Origin: a virus
Taxonomy: Duplodnaviria > Caudoviricetes
Virus record (IMG/VR): IMGVR_UViG_3300017978_000526
Location: 1-33,747 of that record
Length of the DNA stretch: 33,747 nucleotides
Strand: one strand, 5' to 3'
In this document: one piece after another, positions 25,783 through 33,747 of the stretch
Position numbering within the stretch: the first letter of the stretch is position 1
Layout of the letters: each line of letters opens with the position of its first letter
Notes under the pieces: model-generated
The model's database searches: none
What the model was told of the DNA's origin: nothing
What the model saw: only the letters and a program-made list of their open reading frames with translations
Translations under genes and position numbers: made by a program

Positions 25783-25985
25783 TGGGCCAGTTCCTTTCCA
25801 TTTTTGAGACTTTCGTAGCTGGCAATGAGGCGGTGGCTTGTGCGCTTACCGCTCAATACCTCGTAGAGGTGCACCCGGTGCACTCCGAGTTTTTGGGCGT
25901 CCGCGCAGATGCCCGGAAATCGCACTCTCCCTTTTGTTAGCTTTTTCGCCTTGCGGCCCGTCGTGTGTTGTGGCGTTGTTTTCAT
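25779..25985 (-). CDS. Ner/Cro-like HTH regulator, first early gene
   Basis: ICADAQKLGVHRVHLYEVLSGKRTS. Confidence 0.7.
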   Translation of the reverse strand: MKTTPQHTTGRKAKKLTKGRVRFPGICADAQKLGVHRVHLYEVLSGKRTSHRLIASYESLKNGKELAQ

Positions 25986-26038
25986 CCCGTTTGAAACGCG
26001 TTACCGCGTGGATGGGGAAATAAAATCACGTAAACACG

Positions 26039-26231
26039 ATGACTCAAGAAAAAAATCACACATCCAGCCAATTTAAAGCTCTCGGCCTCTGCGGATCTCT
26101 CCCAGTTGCTCGACACGATGGAGTCTTTGAGCAAGAATCACCCAGGCGATCCGCGAGTCAGCAATGCCGTTGGAGAGATGGCCGTGATCGTCCGCAATCG
26201 CCTTGAGAAACAATCGGCTTCCAAATCATGA
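26039..26231 (+). pseudogene. Possible broken gene at the repressor position
   Basis: ATG 26039 (MTQEKNHTSSQFKAL) and a +1 frame (SADLSQLLDTMESL...RNRLEKQSASKS) ending in an ATGA overlap with 26228. Confidence 0.35.
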
Positions 26232-26602
26232 AAAAATCACGCCGCTCCGCACCTCCTGCAAAATCCCCTTGGGGGTGCATCATTCTTCTCATTTCGCCTT
26301 TGGGCATCGTGGGATGCTTGATGGCTTTCATCCATGCAAACGGCCCCACCCGTGAACAGATCCAAGCACAACAACGGGCGAGGGCCGAGGTCCTTGCTTA
26401 TATCACTGATAAAGTGGGCGCATCCGGTGCGGAATTCCGCTCACGCTCCTCAATCTCTCATGATATCATCATCCCCCCGGAACACATATCATCCGTGAGC
26501 CCCATTCAGGCACAAGAGCTTGCCCTCACAACTCAAAGCAGAACCGGTGGCATCGTAAGAGTTGTTACCCCCGCTGGAAAAGTTCTCGCAGAAGCTCCCT
26601 GA
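26228..26602 (+). CDS. Membrane-anchored hypothetical protein
   Basis: Basic N-terminus followed by a single hydrophobic segment. Confidence 0.6.
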   Translation: MKKSRRSAPPAKSPWGCIILLISPLGIVGCLMAFIHANGPTREQIQAQQRARAEVLAYITDKVGASGAEFRSRSSISHDIIIPPEHISSVSPIQAQELALTTQSRTGGIVRVVTPAGKVLAEAP

Positions 26603-26658
26603 TCCCTCATCCTCTGCGTCCCTCAGCGGCCTTTGCGCCTCTGCGTTAGCTCTCCATT

Positions 26659-26716
26659 TCCCACCACGAGCCCCACCGCTTTTTGAGCGCGTGGGTTTTT
26701 TTGTTAGTTTCGGGGC
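26659..26716 (+). promoter_or_regulatory. Putative late promoter for the lysis/packaging operon
   Basis: Shared 29 bp box; TTGAGC-16-(TG.)TAGTTT-6-ATG. Confidence 0.65.
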
Positions 26717-27115
26717 ATGCCGTTGCCAGCTCATGTTGTCTTGCTCTGCCTCATCGCTCCGTTTCTCGCGTCTGCCGCTCCGGGATCACCTCCGGCGGAT
26801 ACTGATCCGCAGTCTTATCAATCCATCGGTTGGCTTCTGGTTGGGCTTGGATCTTTGGCTGTCACCATCAATCAGATCCTCGGCGTATTCGCCAAGGTGC
26901 GGGAACTCAAATCCCCCACTCCCGGCAGCGTCTCTGGTGATCGCGTGAAGGCATTGGAGGATCGCATGCACACCATGGAGATTTCCGTGGCGAATCACAT
27001 GGGCGGCATCAAGAGCCAGTTCGATTCCATTTCCCAAACGCTCACCAACCTCCAAGCAGATTGGAACTATGCCATCGGCAAGATCGATGGCCGCAGCGAA
27101 GCCTCCGGCAAATAA
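26717..27115 (+). CDS. Membrane plus coiled-coil protein (Mu gp25-like position)
   Basis: Two hydrophobic segments and a C-terminal coiled coil. Confidence 0.55.
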   Translation: MPLPAHVVLLCLIAPFLASAAPGSPPADTDPQSYQSIGWLLVGLGSLAVTINQILGVFAKVRELKSPTPGSVSGDRVKALEDRMHTMEISVANHMGGIKSQFDSISQTLTNLQADWNYAIGKIDGRSEASGK

Positions 27116-27134
27116 CTCTCACCCAATAAACGCC

Positions 27135-27392
27135 ATGACACTCGACCAAAAAGAAGAACTCCGCCGCATCGTCCTCGGGTGGCTCTGCAATCGTAGCGCC
27201 TGCTCATTCAACTGTGTATCCGTCCAGAATGGAGTGCGGCGTGCCATGAATTGCACGGAAGATGAATGCGAGGAAGCCATGGTTTTCCTCAAAAGCGCCG
27301 GCTACCTGGACGAGATCCCCAACAAGCTAGGCTCCCGCCGCTACTACCAAGCAAGCTCCGAGGGCGTCCTCGCCCACGAACGCGGCATCTAA
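27135..27392 (+). CDS. Small winged-helix-like protein (Mu gp26-like)
   Basis: ELRRIVLGWL...EAMVFLKSAGYL...SSEGV; start ATG 27135. Confidence 0.55.
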   Translation: MTLDQKEELRRIVLGWLCNRSACSFNCVSVQNGVRRAMNCTEDECEEAMVFLKSAGYLDEIPNKLGSRRYYQASSEGVLAHERGI

Positions 27393-27435
27393 CCATTTCC
27401 ATCAATCGGAAATCTAAAATCATCAATCGGAAATC

Positions 27436-27711
27436 ATGAAGGCCAAACTCCTCTCCGTCTGCACTGCCATCCTTGCCATCGTTGCCATGCTTGGCGGGCT
27501 CGATCTCTCCGGCGTCATCACCCTCATCCCCGGTGGCAATGCGGAAATGGTCACCCTCATTAGTGGCGGCCTCGCCACCCTCGGCGCCATCGCCCGCGCC
27601 ATCGGTGATCTCGCCGATGATGGCAAAGTCAACGGTTCATTCGGAAAACTCCAGATGAGCCCCATCACGTTTCTCCTCTGCGTCATCATCGCCCTCATCG
27701 GCGCAAAGTAA
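27436..27711 (+). CDS. Putative holin
   Basis: 91 aa with 2-3 hydrophobic segments, directly upstream of the endolysin. Confidence 0.6.
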   Translation: MKAKLLSVCTAILAIVAMLGGLDLSGVITLIPGGNAEMVTLISGGLATLGAIARAIGDLADDGKVNGSFGKLQMSPITFLLCVIIALIGAK

Positions 27712-27749
27712 TATCTTCTGTCTTCTGTCTCCCCATCTTCTGTCTCCCC

Positions 27750-28388
27750 ATGAAATTCCAACTCCAAGCCCTCATTGCCCAGCACCTCCTCAAGGCTGGC
27801 GGATTCTATGATGGTCCGCTCGATGGCTTGTGGGGTCCCAAATCCATCCAGGCCGCCGATGAATGGGCCAGTGATCGGGATGCCGCTCTCGACAAACCAT
27901 CCACCACCGTTCCCGGTGCTCCCACTCCCTACGAGCTGGCCCTCCGCCACATCGGCCAAAAGGAAATCCCCGGCTCCAAGGACAATCCGTTGATCGTTAC
28001 CTGGCTGCGCAAACTCGGCTCATGGATCAACCACGATGAGACTCCCTGGTGCGCGGCATTCGTCAATGCCATGGCCCGCGAGGCAGGCTTTGAACAAACC
28101 GGAAAGCTCAATGCCAGGTCATTCCTCGACGTCGGTCAGCCAGTGCGTCTCACGGAGGCCAAGACTGGAGATGTTGTTATCTTCTGGCGCAATGCTCCGG
28201 ACTCATGGGAGGGCCATGTTGGTTTCCTCATTTCCTACGATGCCCGCACCGGCAAGCTCCGCATCCTCGGCGGGAATCAATCCAACTCCGTCAACATCTC
28301 CACCTACACCACTGATCAACTCCTCGGCGTCCGCCGCCTGCGCTCGCTGGATCTTCTCCAAGGCAATAGCGGCAACCGCACCGTCTGA
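27750..28388 (+). CDS. Endolysin: peptidoglycan-binding domain plus TIGR02594/CHAP-type amidase
   Basis: GFYDGPLDGLWGPKS; DETPWCAAFV, GDVVIFWR, GHVGF, LGGNQSNSV. Confidence 0.88.
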   Translation: MKFQLQALIAQHLLKAGGFYDGPLDGLWGPKSIQAADEWASDRDAALDKPSTTVPGAPTPYELALRHIGQKEIPGSKDNPLIVTWLRKLGSWINHDETPWCAAFVNAMAREAGFEQTGKLNARSFLDVGQPVRLTEAKTGDVVIFWRNAPDSWEGHVGFLISYDARTGKLRILGGNQSNSVNISTYTTDQLLGVRRLRSLDLLQGNSGNRTV

Positions 28389-28430
28389 TTTTCCGATTCG
28401 GCAATTTTCAATCCTCAATCTCCAATTCCC

Positions 28431-28703
28431 ATGATCCTCACAGCATCCAATGCCACCGTCACCATTCCCACCCTGCCAGGGGAGGAAACTTATATCTCTG
28501 CCCTCGGCACTTGGAACGGTGCCACCGTCACGGTGCAAAGCTATGTGGACGGCGCATGGAGGGCCGTGCCAGATGGAGCCTTCACCGCAGACTTTGAGAT
28601 TGTGCGCACCAACGGACCAGGCACGGAACTCCGGGCCTTGCTCACCAGCGCCGGTGGCTCCACCTCGCTCAGCGTCAACCTCACCAACTTGCCCACGGCA
28701 TGA
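28431..28703 (+). CDS. Small beta-rich putative virion protein
   Basis: 90 aa, GTWNGATVTVQ. Confidence 0.55.
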   Translation: MILTASNATVTIPTLPGEETYISALGTWNGATVTVQSYVDGAWRAVPDGAFTADFEIVRTNGPGTELRALLTSAGGSTSLSVNLTNLPTA

Positions 28704-29593
28704 CTCCTCGCGCTGGATCTCGGCTTGCGATTCGGGATGCCCTGCGCCCCGCATTGCGGGAGGCTATCATGGGTGGATTTGAAACATTTCACCCAACTGC
28801 CGTGGCGCGCATTGATGCGATTATCACGGCGGGTGGAATCATTCCAGTAGGGGCCGCCACGGCCAAACGATTGCTGTCTGATTTCATCATCGCCGAGGAA
28901 TTGGCAGGGCGATGGTCTGACATGAAGCGGCTGTATCTCCCAGGATTCGGCAATGCTGCGGCAAATGCTATCGACATTGTGGGAGGCACAAGCGGCACCT
29001 TCCCGGTTTCGGGGGGGGTAACGCATGCAACCGGCTACGTCCAAGGCAATGGCTCAACTGGATACTTTAACTTTGGGGTTACTCCGGCGGCTCTTGGATT
29101 GACGCTTTCGAGTGCTGCGGTTTTTGCGCTGATCACTCAATCACCGGCAGGGACGGCCGGCGAAAACATCGTGACTGCGATTGACGGTAGTGACACCACA
29201 AAGGTGTTGGAGCTTTCTCACCAATCTACGTTTATGGCATTTCGAGCCAATAACGTAACTGCGGGAAGCGGCACGGTGAACGCCATCATCGCCAGGGCAT
29301 CTCAGCATGGAATCATCGTGGGATCTCGCCATGGGGGAAACCGCCGTGTGATACAACGGACTACTGCCGGTGTTAATACTGTAATCGATTCCACAGCAGC
29401 AGACGCCGGAACCATGCCAGTTACCGGAACGTTACAAGCCATGCGCTCAGCTTTTGGAGGCGGGGCCGCATACTCGGATGGACGCTATGGTGCCTATGGC
29501 GCTGGCATGGGTATGACGGTAGCACAAGCCCAAGCATTTTCCGCAAACCTCAAAACCCTCTGGGAAGGATTGTTTACCCTGACACTGCCATGA
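28700..29593 (+). CDS. Putative fibre or receptor-binding virion protein (lectin/LamG-like)
   Basis: Gly/Thr/Ala-rich, GGVTHATGYVQGNGSTGYFNFG; codon usage differs from flanks. Confidence 0.5.
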   Translation: MTPRAGSRLAIRDALRPALREAIMGGFETFHPTAVARIDAIITAGGIIPVGAATAKRLLSDFIIAEELAGRWSDMKRLYLPGFGNAAANAIDIVGGTSGTFPVSGGVTHATGYVQGNGSTGYFNFGVTPAALGLTLSSAAVFALITQSPAGTAGENIVTAIDGSDTTKVLELSHQSTFMAFRANNVTAGSGTVNAIIARASQHGIIVGSRHGGNRRVIQRTTAGVNTVIDSTAADAGTMPVTGTLQAMRSAFGGGAAYSDGRYGAYGAGMGMTVAQAQAFSANLKTLWEGLFTLTLP

Positions 29594-29874
29594 TCGGATT
29601 CGTCCTCACCTCTGAAACGCTCGGCGCTCTCGAAGCTGGTTTTGCCGCGGCATTCACGGCGCGAGGCATTCCACAATATCTCACATTGGGAGCGATCTCA
29701 ATTCTATCAGGTGAGCATGCAGGCAAATCATTCATCCCTTTTCCCGATGATGCTTTAACTCAACCACTCCACCAGAATCACACCCTTCCTGATTTCCCCG
29801 AATTTTCCCAACTCATCGGCATGCTCGGGGGCCTGGATGCCCGCATCGATCTTCCCGAGAATTCTTTCCAATAA
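29590..29874 (+). CDS. Hypothetical protein, possible fibre partner
   Basis: 94 aa; ATGA overlap. Confidence 0.55.
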   Translation: MIGFVLTSETLGALEAGFAAAFTARGIPQYLTLGAISILSGEHAGKSFIPFPDDALTQPLHQNHTLPDFPEFSQLIGMLGGLDARIDLPENSFQ

Positions 29875-29876
29875 CC

Positions 29877-30521
29877 ATGGCCCGCCAAGGTAAATTCGCC
29901 CGCCTCCCTCACGCTCTGCGCGAGGAAACCAATCGCCGTCTCCACAACGGCGAAAGCTCTGGCGTCATCCTCGCCTGGCTCAATGCCAAGCCCGAGGCCA
30001 TCCGCATTTGGGATGCGCATTTCGACGGAGCACCGGCCACTCCGCAGAATCTATCCGAGTGGAGACTCGGCGGCTACAAAGACTGGATCGCCGAGCGCGA
30101 ATCCATCGAAAACACCAAGGCCCTCGCCTCCTATGCCGCCGAAATCGCAGGCGCAGGCGGAGCCCTTTCCTCCGGCCTCCAAGCCATCCTCGCAGGCCGC
30201 ATCATGGAGAGCTTCGAGGTTCTCCTCAATGCCGATGAGGGCGACGATCAACCGGACAAACCCGTTGATCGCATCGCCAAACTCAGCAGCTCCATCGTTG
30301 CCATGCGCAATGCCGATACCGCTGCGGATCGAGTCGCCCTGGATAAGGAAAAAGTTTCCGCCAAGAAGGAAGATCAGAAGCTCTCCCGCGAGAAATTCGA
30401 AATGCAGACCGTGGCGAAATTCATGCAGTTCGCGAAGTCACCGGAAGCCCAGACCATCCTCAATTCGAACTCCAAGAAAGACGTGAAAATGGAGCAAATC
30501 CGCAAACTCATGTTCGGCTGA
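29877..30521 (+). CDS. Mu gp27-like (DUF3486-like) putative small terminase
   Basis: GKFARLPHALREETNRRLHNG...NLSEWRLGGYKDW; upstream of the large terminase. Confidence 0.72.
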   Translation: MARQGKFARLPHALREETNRRLHNGESSGVILAWLNAKPEAIRIWDAHFDGAPATPQNLSEWRLGGYKDWIAERESIENTKALASYAAEIAGAGGALSSGLQAILAGRIMESFEVLLNADEGDDQPDKPVDRIAKLSSSIVAMRNADTAADRVALDKEKVSAKKEDQKLSREKFEMQTVAKFMQFAKSPEAQTILNSNSKKDVKMEQIRKLMFG

Positions 30522-30526
30522 AAATC

Positions 30527-30790
30527 ATGATCACCATTCATAAATTTCCCCTTGATGGCAAAGCCTGCCAGCCCATGGCGCTGCCAGAGGGCGCAGCTAT
30601 TCTGCATGTTGGGCTCGATCCAGAAAACAAGCCCTGCGTGTGGGCTCGGGTTGATCCTGATCGGCCTTTGAAAGGTCGGCAGTTTTTTACCATCGGCACC
30701 GGTGAGCGCCTGCCACCACCCGCCAAATACCATCATGGCTCCTACGTGGATGGTCCTTACATCTGGCATGTTTTTTCTGATCTTCCATGA
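30527..30790 (+). CDS. Hypothetical phage protein
   Basis: 87 aa, IHKFPL...VWARVDP...IGTGE...WHVF. Confidence 0.65.
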   Translation: MITIHKFPLDGKACQPMALPEGAAILHVGLDPENKPCVWARVDPDRPLKGRQFFTIGTGERLPPPAKYHHGSYVDGPYIWHVFSDLP

Positions 30791-31704
30791 GCGCCCTGGT
30801 CAAACAACGTCCTTACCAATCAGAGGGATTCCGCCATCCGGCGGGACTCCTCGCCAAGGTATGGCGTCGGCAATCCGGGAAATCTCACGATCTCGGAATC
30901 ACGGGCTTGGATTGGATGATGGAATCCGTTTGCAGCGTGATCTTCGCCTCCGCAGCCCTGCGGCTCGGGATGGAAAACATCCTCAAGGAAGCCACGATCT
31001 GGCGCGAACTCACGGAGAAACTTCGAGCCATCGCAGAGGATGGCCAATTCCAGCTCACCACCACGGCAGATAACGATGCCGGGGAGCTGCTCGATGCGGA
31101 TGCCATCGCCGATCTGTTCGAGCACCAGAAACTCGAAACCCGCCTGTGGCATTCAAACTCCACTTACAGCCGCTCCATGGTGGTCGCCCCCAACCCGGAT
31201 ACCGCCGTAGGTTGGACCGGTCATGTTATCCTGGATGAGGTCGGGCGCATGCCGGATTTCCGCGATGTTTTCGAGGCCATGGAGCCCATCGTTTCCAGCT
31301 CCCAAAACTACCGGGTCCGCATGGCCACCACGCCGCCGCCGGATGATGGCCATTACAGCTACGAACTCCTCGCCCCACCCGTCGAACTTGAAGGAACCTT
31401 TCCCGTCAACCCGCGCGGCAACTGGTACACCAGCCGCGAGGGCATCCTCGTGCATCGCGTGGATGCCTGGGACGGCCACGCCGCAGGCGTCCCTCTCTAC
31501 GATCTCAAAACCCGCGAGGCCCTCACACCGGAAGAGCACCGCGCCAGATCCGTGGACAAGCAAGCTTGGGATCGGAACTACGGTTGCCAGTTCATCAAGG
31601 GCGGCTCCTCGGCGCTCTCCCTTTCCGCGCTCATGACAGCGCAGGCCGCAGGCCGCCACGAAGGCACCGGCCTCCACATCACGGAAATCCTTGTCCCCGC
31701 ATGA
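30787..31704 (+). CDS. Large terminase, ATPase half
   Basis: WRRQSGKSH (Walker A), VILDEVG (Walker B), ATTP, RNYGCQF. Confidence 0.85.
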   Translation: MSALVKQRPYQSEGFRHPAGLLAKVWRRQSGKSHDLGITGLDWMMESVCSVIFASAALRLGMENILKEATIWRELTEKLRAIAEDGQFQLTTTADNDAGELLDADAIADLFEHQKLETRLWHSNSTYSRSMVVAPNPDTAVGWTGHVILDEVGRMPDFRDVFEAMEPIVSSSQNYRVRMATTPPPDDGHYSYELLAPPVELEGTFPVNPRGNWYTSREGILVHRVDAWDGHAAGVPLYDLKTREALTPEEHRARSVDKQAWDRNYGCQFIKGGSSALSLSALMTAQAAGRHEGTGLHITEILVPA

Positions 31705-32423
31705 CACCCCGCCAAGCCATCCCGCCAGAATGGGCAGACCGCATCACCGATGATGGTCCGCTCGCCCTCGGCTATGACGTGGCCACATCGAACAAGGGCA
31801 AATCCAACCCCTCCTCGATCACCGCCATGCAGCGCAGCGGCCCCGTCGCTATCGCTCGCCTGGTCATCTCATGGAAATCCGCCGAGCCCGAGATCGCCCG
31901 CCAGATCATCACCGCCATCCTAGATGATATCGACCGCGTAGGAGCCCGAGCCCGCCGCCTCAATATCGATGCCAGCTCAGAAAAATACTTCGCCGCAGAC
32001 ATGCGCACCTTCCTGCGCAGTCGCCTCCCCGTCGATCTCATCGCCGGAAACCAAACCCTCAAATTCCGGGGCGAGGAAATGGACGCCAAAACCCTCCTCG
32101 GGAACATGTATTGCAGCGCCCTTGAGGACAATCTCATCCTCCTTCCCGCCGGTAGTTTCATTGAACTCGATCACCGCCTCGTAAAACGCGAGGCCGGCCG
32201 ATTCGTCACAGAGCTTGGACCCTCCGGCGAACACGGCGATACCTTCGACTCCGGAAAGCTCGCCTATTGGGGAATCCAAAACTCCGGCACCACCCGCGCC
32301 CACGCCGCCCAGGTCGGCACCGGAGCCGGAAACCCGAACCCACTCAAATCCCGCCCCGGCCTCATCGGCCCCATCGGCGGTGGACGCCTATTCGGCCGCA
32401 CCGCTCGCCGCCTCGGCACCTGA
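31701..32423 (+). CDS. Large terminase, RNase H-like nuclease half
   Basis: LGYDVA, IDAS, EHGDTFDS; ATG 31701 overlaps the ATPase stop. Confidence 0.82.
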   Translation: MTPRQAIPPEWADRITDDGPLALGYDVATSNKGKSNPSSITAMQRSGPVAIARLVISWKSAEPEIARQIITAILDDIDRVGARARRLNIDASSEKYFAADMRTFLRSRLPVDLIAGNQTLKFRGEEMDAKTLLGNMYCSALEDNLILLPAGSFIELDHRLVKREAGRFVTELGPSGEHGDTFDSGKLAYWGIQNSGTTRAHAAQVGTGAGNPNPLKSRPGLIGPIGGGRLFGRTARRLGT

Positions 32424-32441
32424 TCCTTTCCCCAAAACGCC

Positions 32442-33747
32442 ATGAATCTCCGCAACTCCATTTCCGGCTTCCTCGCTGGACTCATGCCCACCAAAACCCG
32501 CGTCATCGTGCGCGGTCACCAGCAGCCCACCAGCTCCGCCCACACCGCCGATGCTGATTCCATTTCCGCCTACCTCCGCTCTGCCGAGGCCGGGGATACC
32601 TATCTGCTTTTCGGTCTCTACCGGGACATCCTCGCCAGCTCCGCACACCTCCAAGGCGAGTTCAGCAAACGAAAGCTCGCCGTCCTCGGCGAGCCCCTCA
32701 CGCTCACCAGCCAAGATCCCAAAGATGCCCTCGCCGTCGCCCGCGATACCGCCGTGCAAGAGCACCTGCGCATGCTGCCAAACTGGGGCGCATTCCTCTC
32801 CCATTCCCTCGACTCCACCCTCTATCCCGTCGCTCTTTCCGAGCGCCTCTGGCGCATCTCCGCACGGCCCGGCTGGCGCTACGAAATCGGCGATCTCGTA
32901 GCCGTCCCGCACATCCATCTCGCCTGGCCCAGCGGCATCCTCTCCATCCGCGAAACCGATGATCTCGGAAACTTCACGAGCACCTACGCCGAGCCCTCGC
33001 CACGCACCCACATCACCCACCGTGCGCACCTCCTTTCCAGCGTCCCAGACTGGTGGGGCGGCCCGTTCCGAGCCCTCGTTTTCTGGTGGCTCTTCGCCAC
33101 CTGTGATCGGGATTGGTGGGTTCGCTTCCTAGACCGCTTCGGCTCTCCTTTCCTCGAAGGAAAATACCAGGAAGCGGATGATCGCGCACGCTACGAACTC
33201 CAAGACGCATTCAGCGCAGCCACAAAGCTCTTCGGCCTCGTGGTCTCCAAAGATACGGAGATCAAAATGCACCAAGCCAACAGCGTCGGCGGAGGCGAGG
33301 CATTCCTCACTTTCCACAAAACCGCCAATGCCGAAATTTCCAAGCTCATCATCGGCCAAACCAGCTCCGCCGAAATCTCCAATGCCGGCATCGGCGGCGG
33401 CCAAGGCGATGCCCAGGCCGAGGTCCGCGACGATATCCGAAAATACGATGCCCACGTTCTGAGCCAGTCGGTCCAAACTCAAATCCTCGCCCCCCTCTGG
33501 CGCATCAACGGATGGACCACCCCGATTCCAAACGTCTCCTTTGGAACCGTCTCGGAAGAGGATGCCCTCCTCTCTGGCGATCTCATCGAGAGCCTCGCCA
33601 ATGCCGGCATCGAGTTGACCGATGATGGACTCGAAAAGCTTTCTTCCAAAACCGGTTACGGTCTCCGCCGCGTAGCCCCGGCCATTCCCGGCTTGCCACT
33701 CTCCGCCCGCCCATCCCTGCCTTTGCTGCCACCCGTCGCCAGGCGTG
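32442..33747 (+). CDS. Mu gp29-like portal protein (DUF935), partial
   Basis: HLQGEFSKRKLAVLG, WWVRFLDRFGSPFLEGKY, EISKLIIGQTSS; runs off the window. Confidence 0.88.
   Translation, partial: MNLRNSISGFLAGLMPTKTRVIVRGHQQPTSSAHTADADSISAYLRSAEAGDTYLLFGLYRDILASSAHLQGEFSKRKLAVLGEPLTLTSQDPKDALAVARDTAVQEHLRMLPNWGAFLSHSLDSTLYPVALSERLWRISARPGWRYEIGDLVAVPHIHLAWPSGILSIRETDDLGNFTSTYAEPSPRTHITHRAHLLSSVPDWWGGPFRALVFWWLFATCDRDWWVRFLDRFGSPFLEGKYQEADDRARYELQDAFSAATKLFGLVVSKDTEIKMHQANSVGGGEAFLTFHKTANAEISKLIIGQTSSAEISNAGIGGGQGDAQAEVRDDIRKYDAHVLSQSVQTQILAPLWRINGWTTPIPNVSFGTVSEEDALLSGDLIESLANAGIELTDDGLEKLSSKTGYGLRRVAPAIPGLPLSARPSLPLLPPVARR

Noticed and set aside
1-33747. tRNA, rRNA genes and a host taxon assignment
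   Set aside because: No RNA genes recognised; SD-poor leaders and heptamer spacers only hint at a host such as Verrucomicrobiota, which cannot be supported without a search.

Overview
The window is almost entirely a Mu-like transposable phage or prophage; neither phage end is identifiable and the portal runs off the right edge. Two arms diverge from about 26.0 kb. The leftward (- strand) arm carries a Ner/Cro-like HTH, a ParB-like protein, MuA-like transposase, MuB-like ATPase, Gam, Lar-like, GemA-like, DnaA-domain-IV-like and PolX genes, then a 4 kb accessory array, then MuF (with an HExxH extension), gpG, protease/scaffold, capsid and a sheath-less tail module. The rightward (+ strand) arm carries lysis genes, virion proteins, small terminase, a split large terminase and the portal. 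The main discovery is the accessory array at 12752-16920, which is a phage-borne integron-like system. It has seven attC-type hairpins with R''/R' boxes and extrahelical bases (six intact, one composite), eight cassettes (seven with self-complementary ends), and the C-terminal stub of an IntI-like tyrosine recombinase. Unlike canonical integrons, the cassette genes run antisense to the attC sites and are translated through them. Each gene starts inside its own attC and takes its C-terminal tail and stop codon from the neighbouring attC, always with the crossover AAC read in frame as Asn. All calls come from reading the sequence and motif recognition only; no database searches were run.
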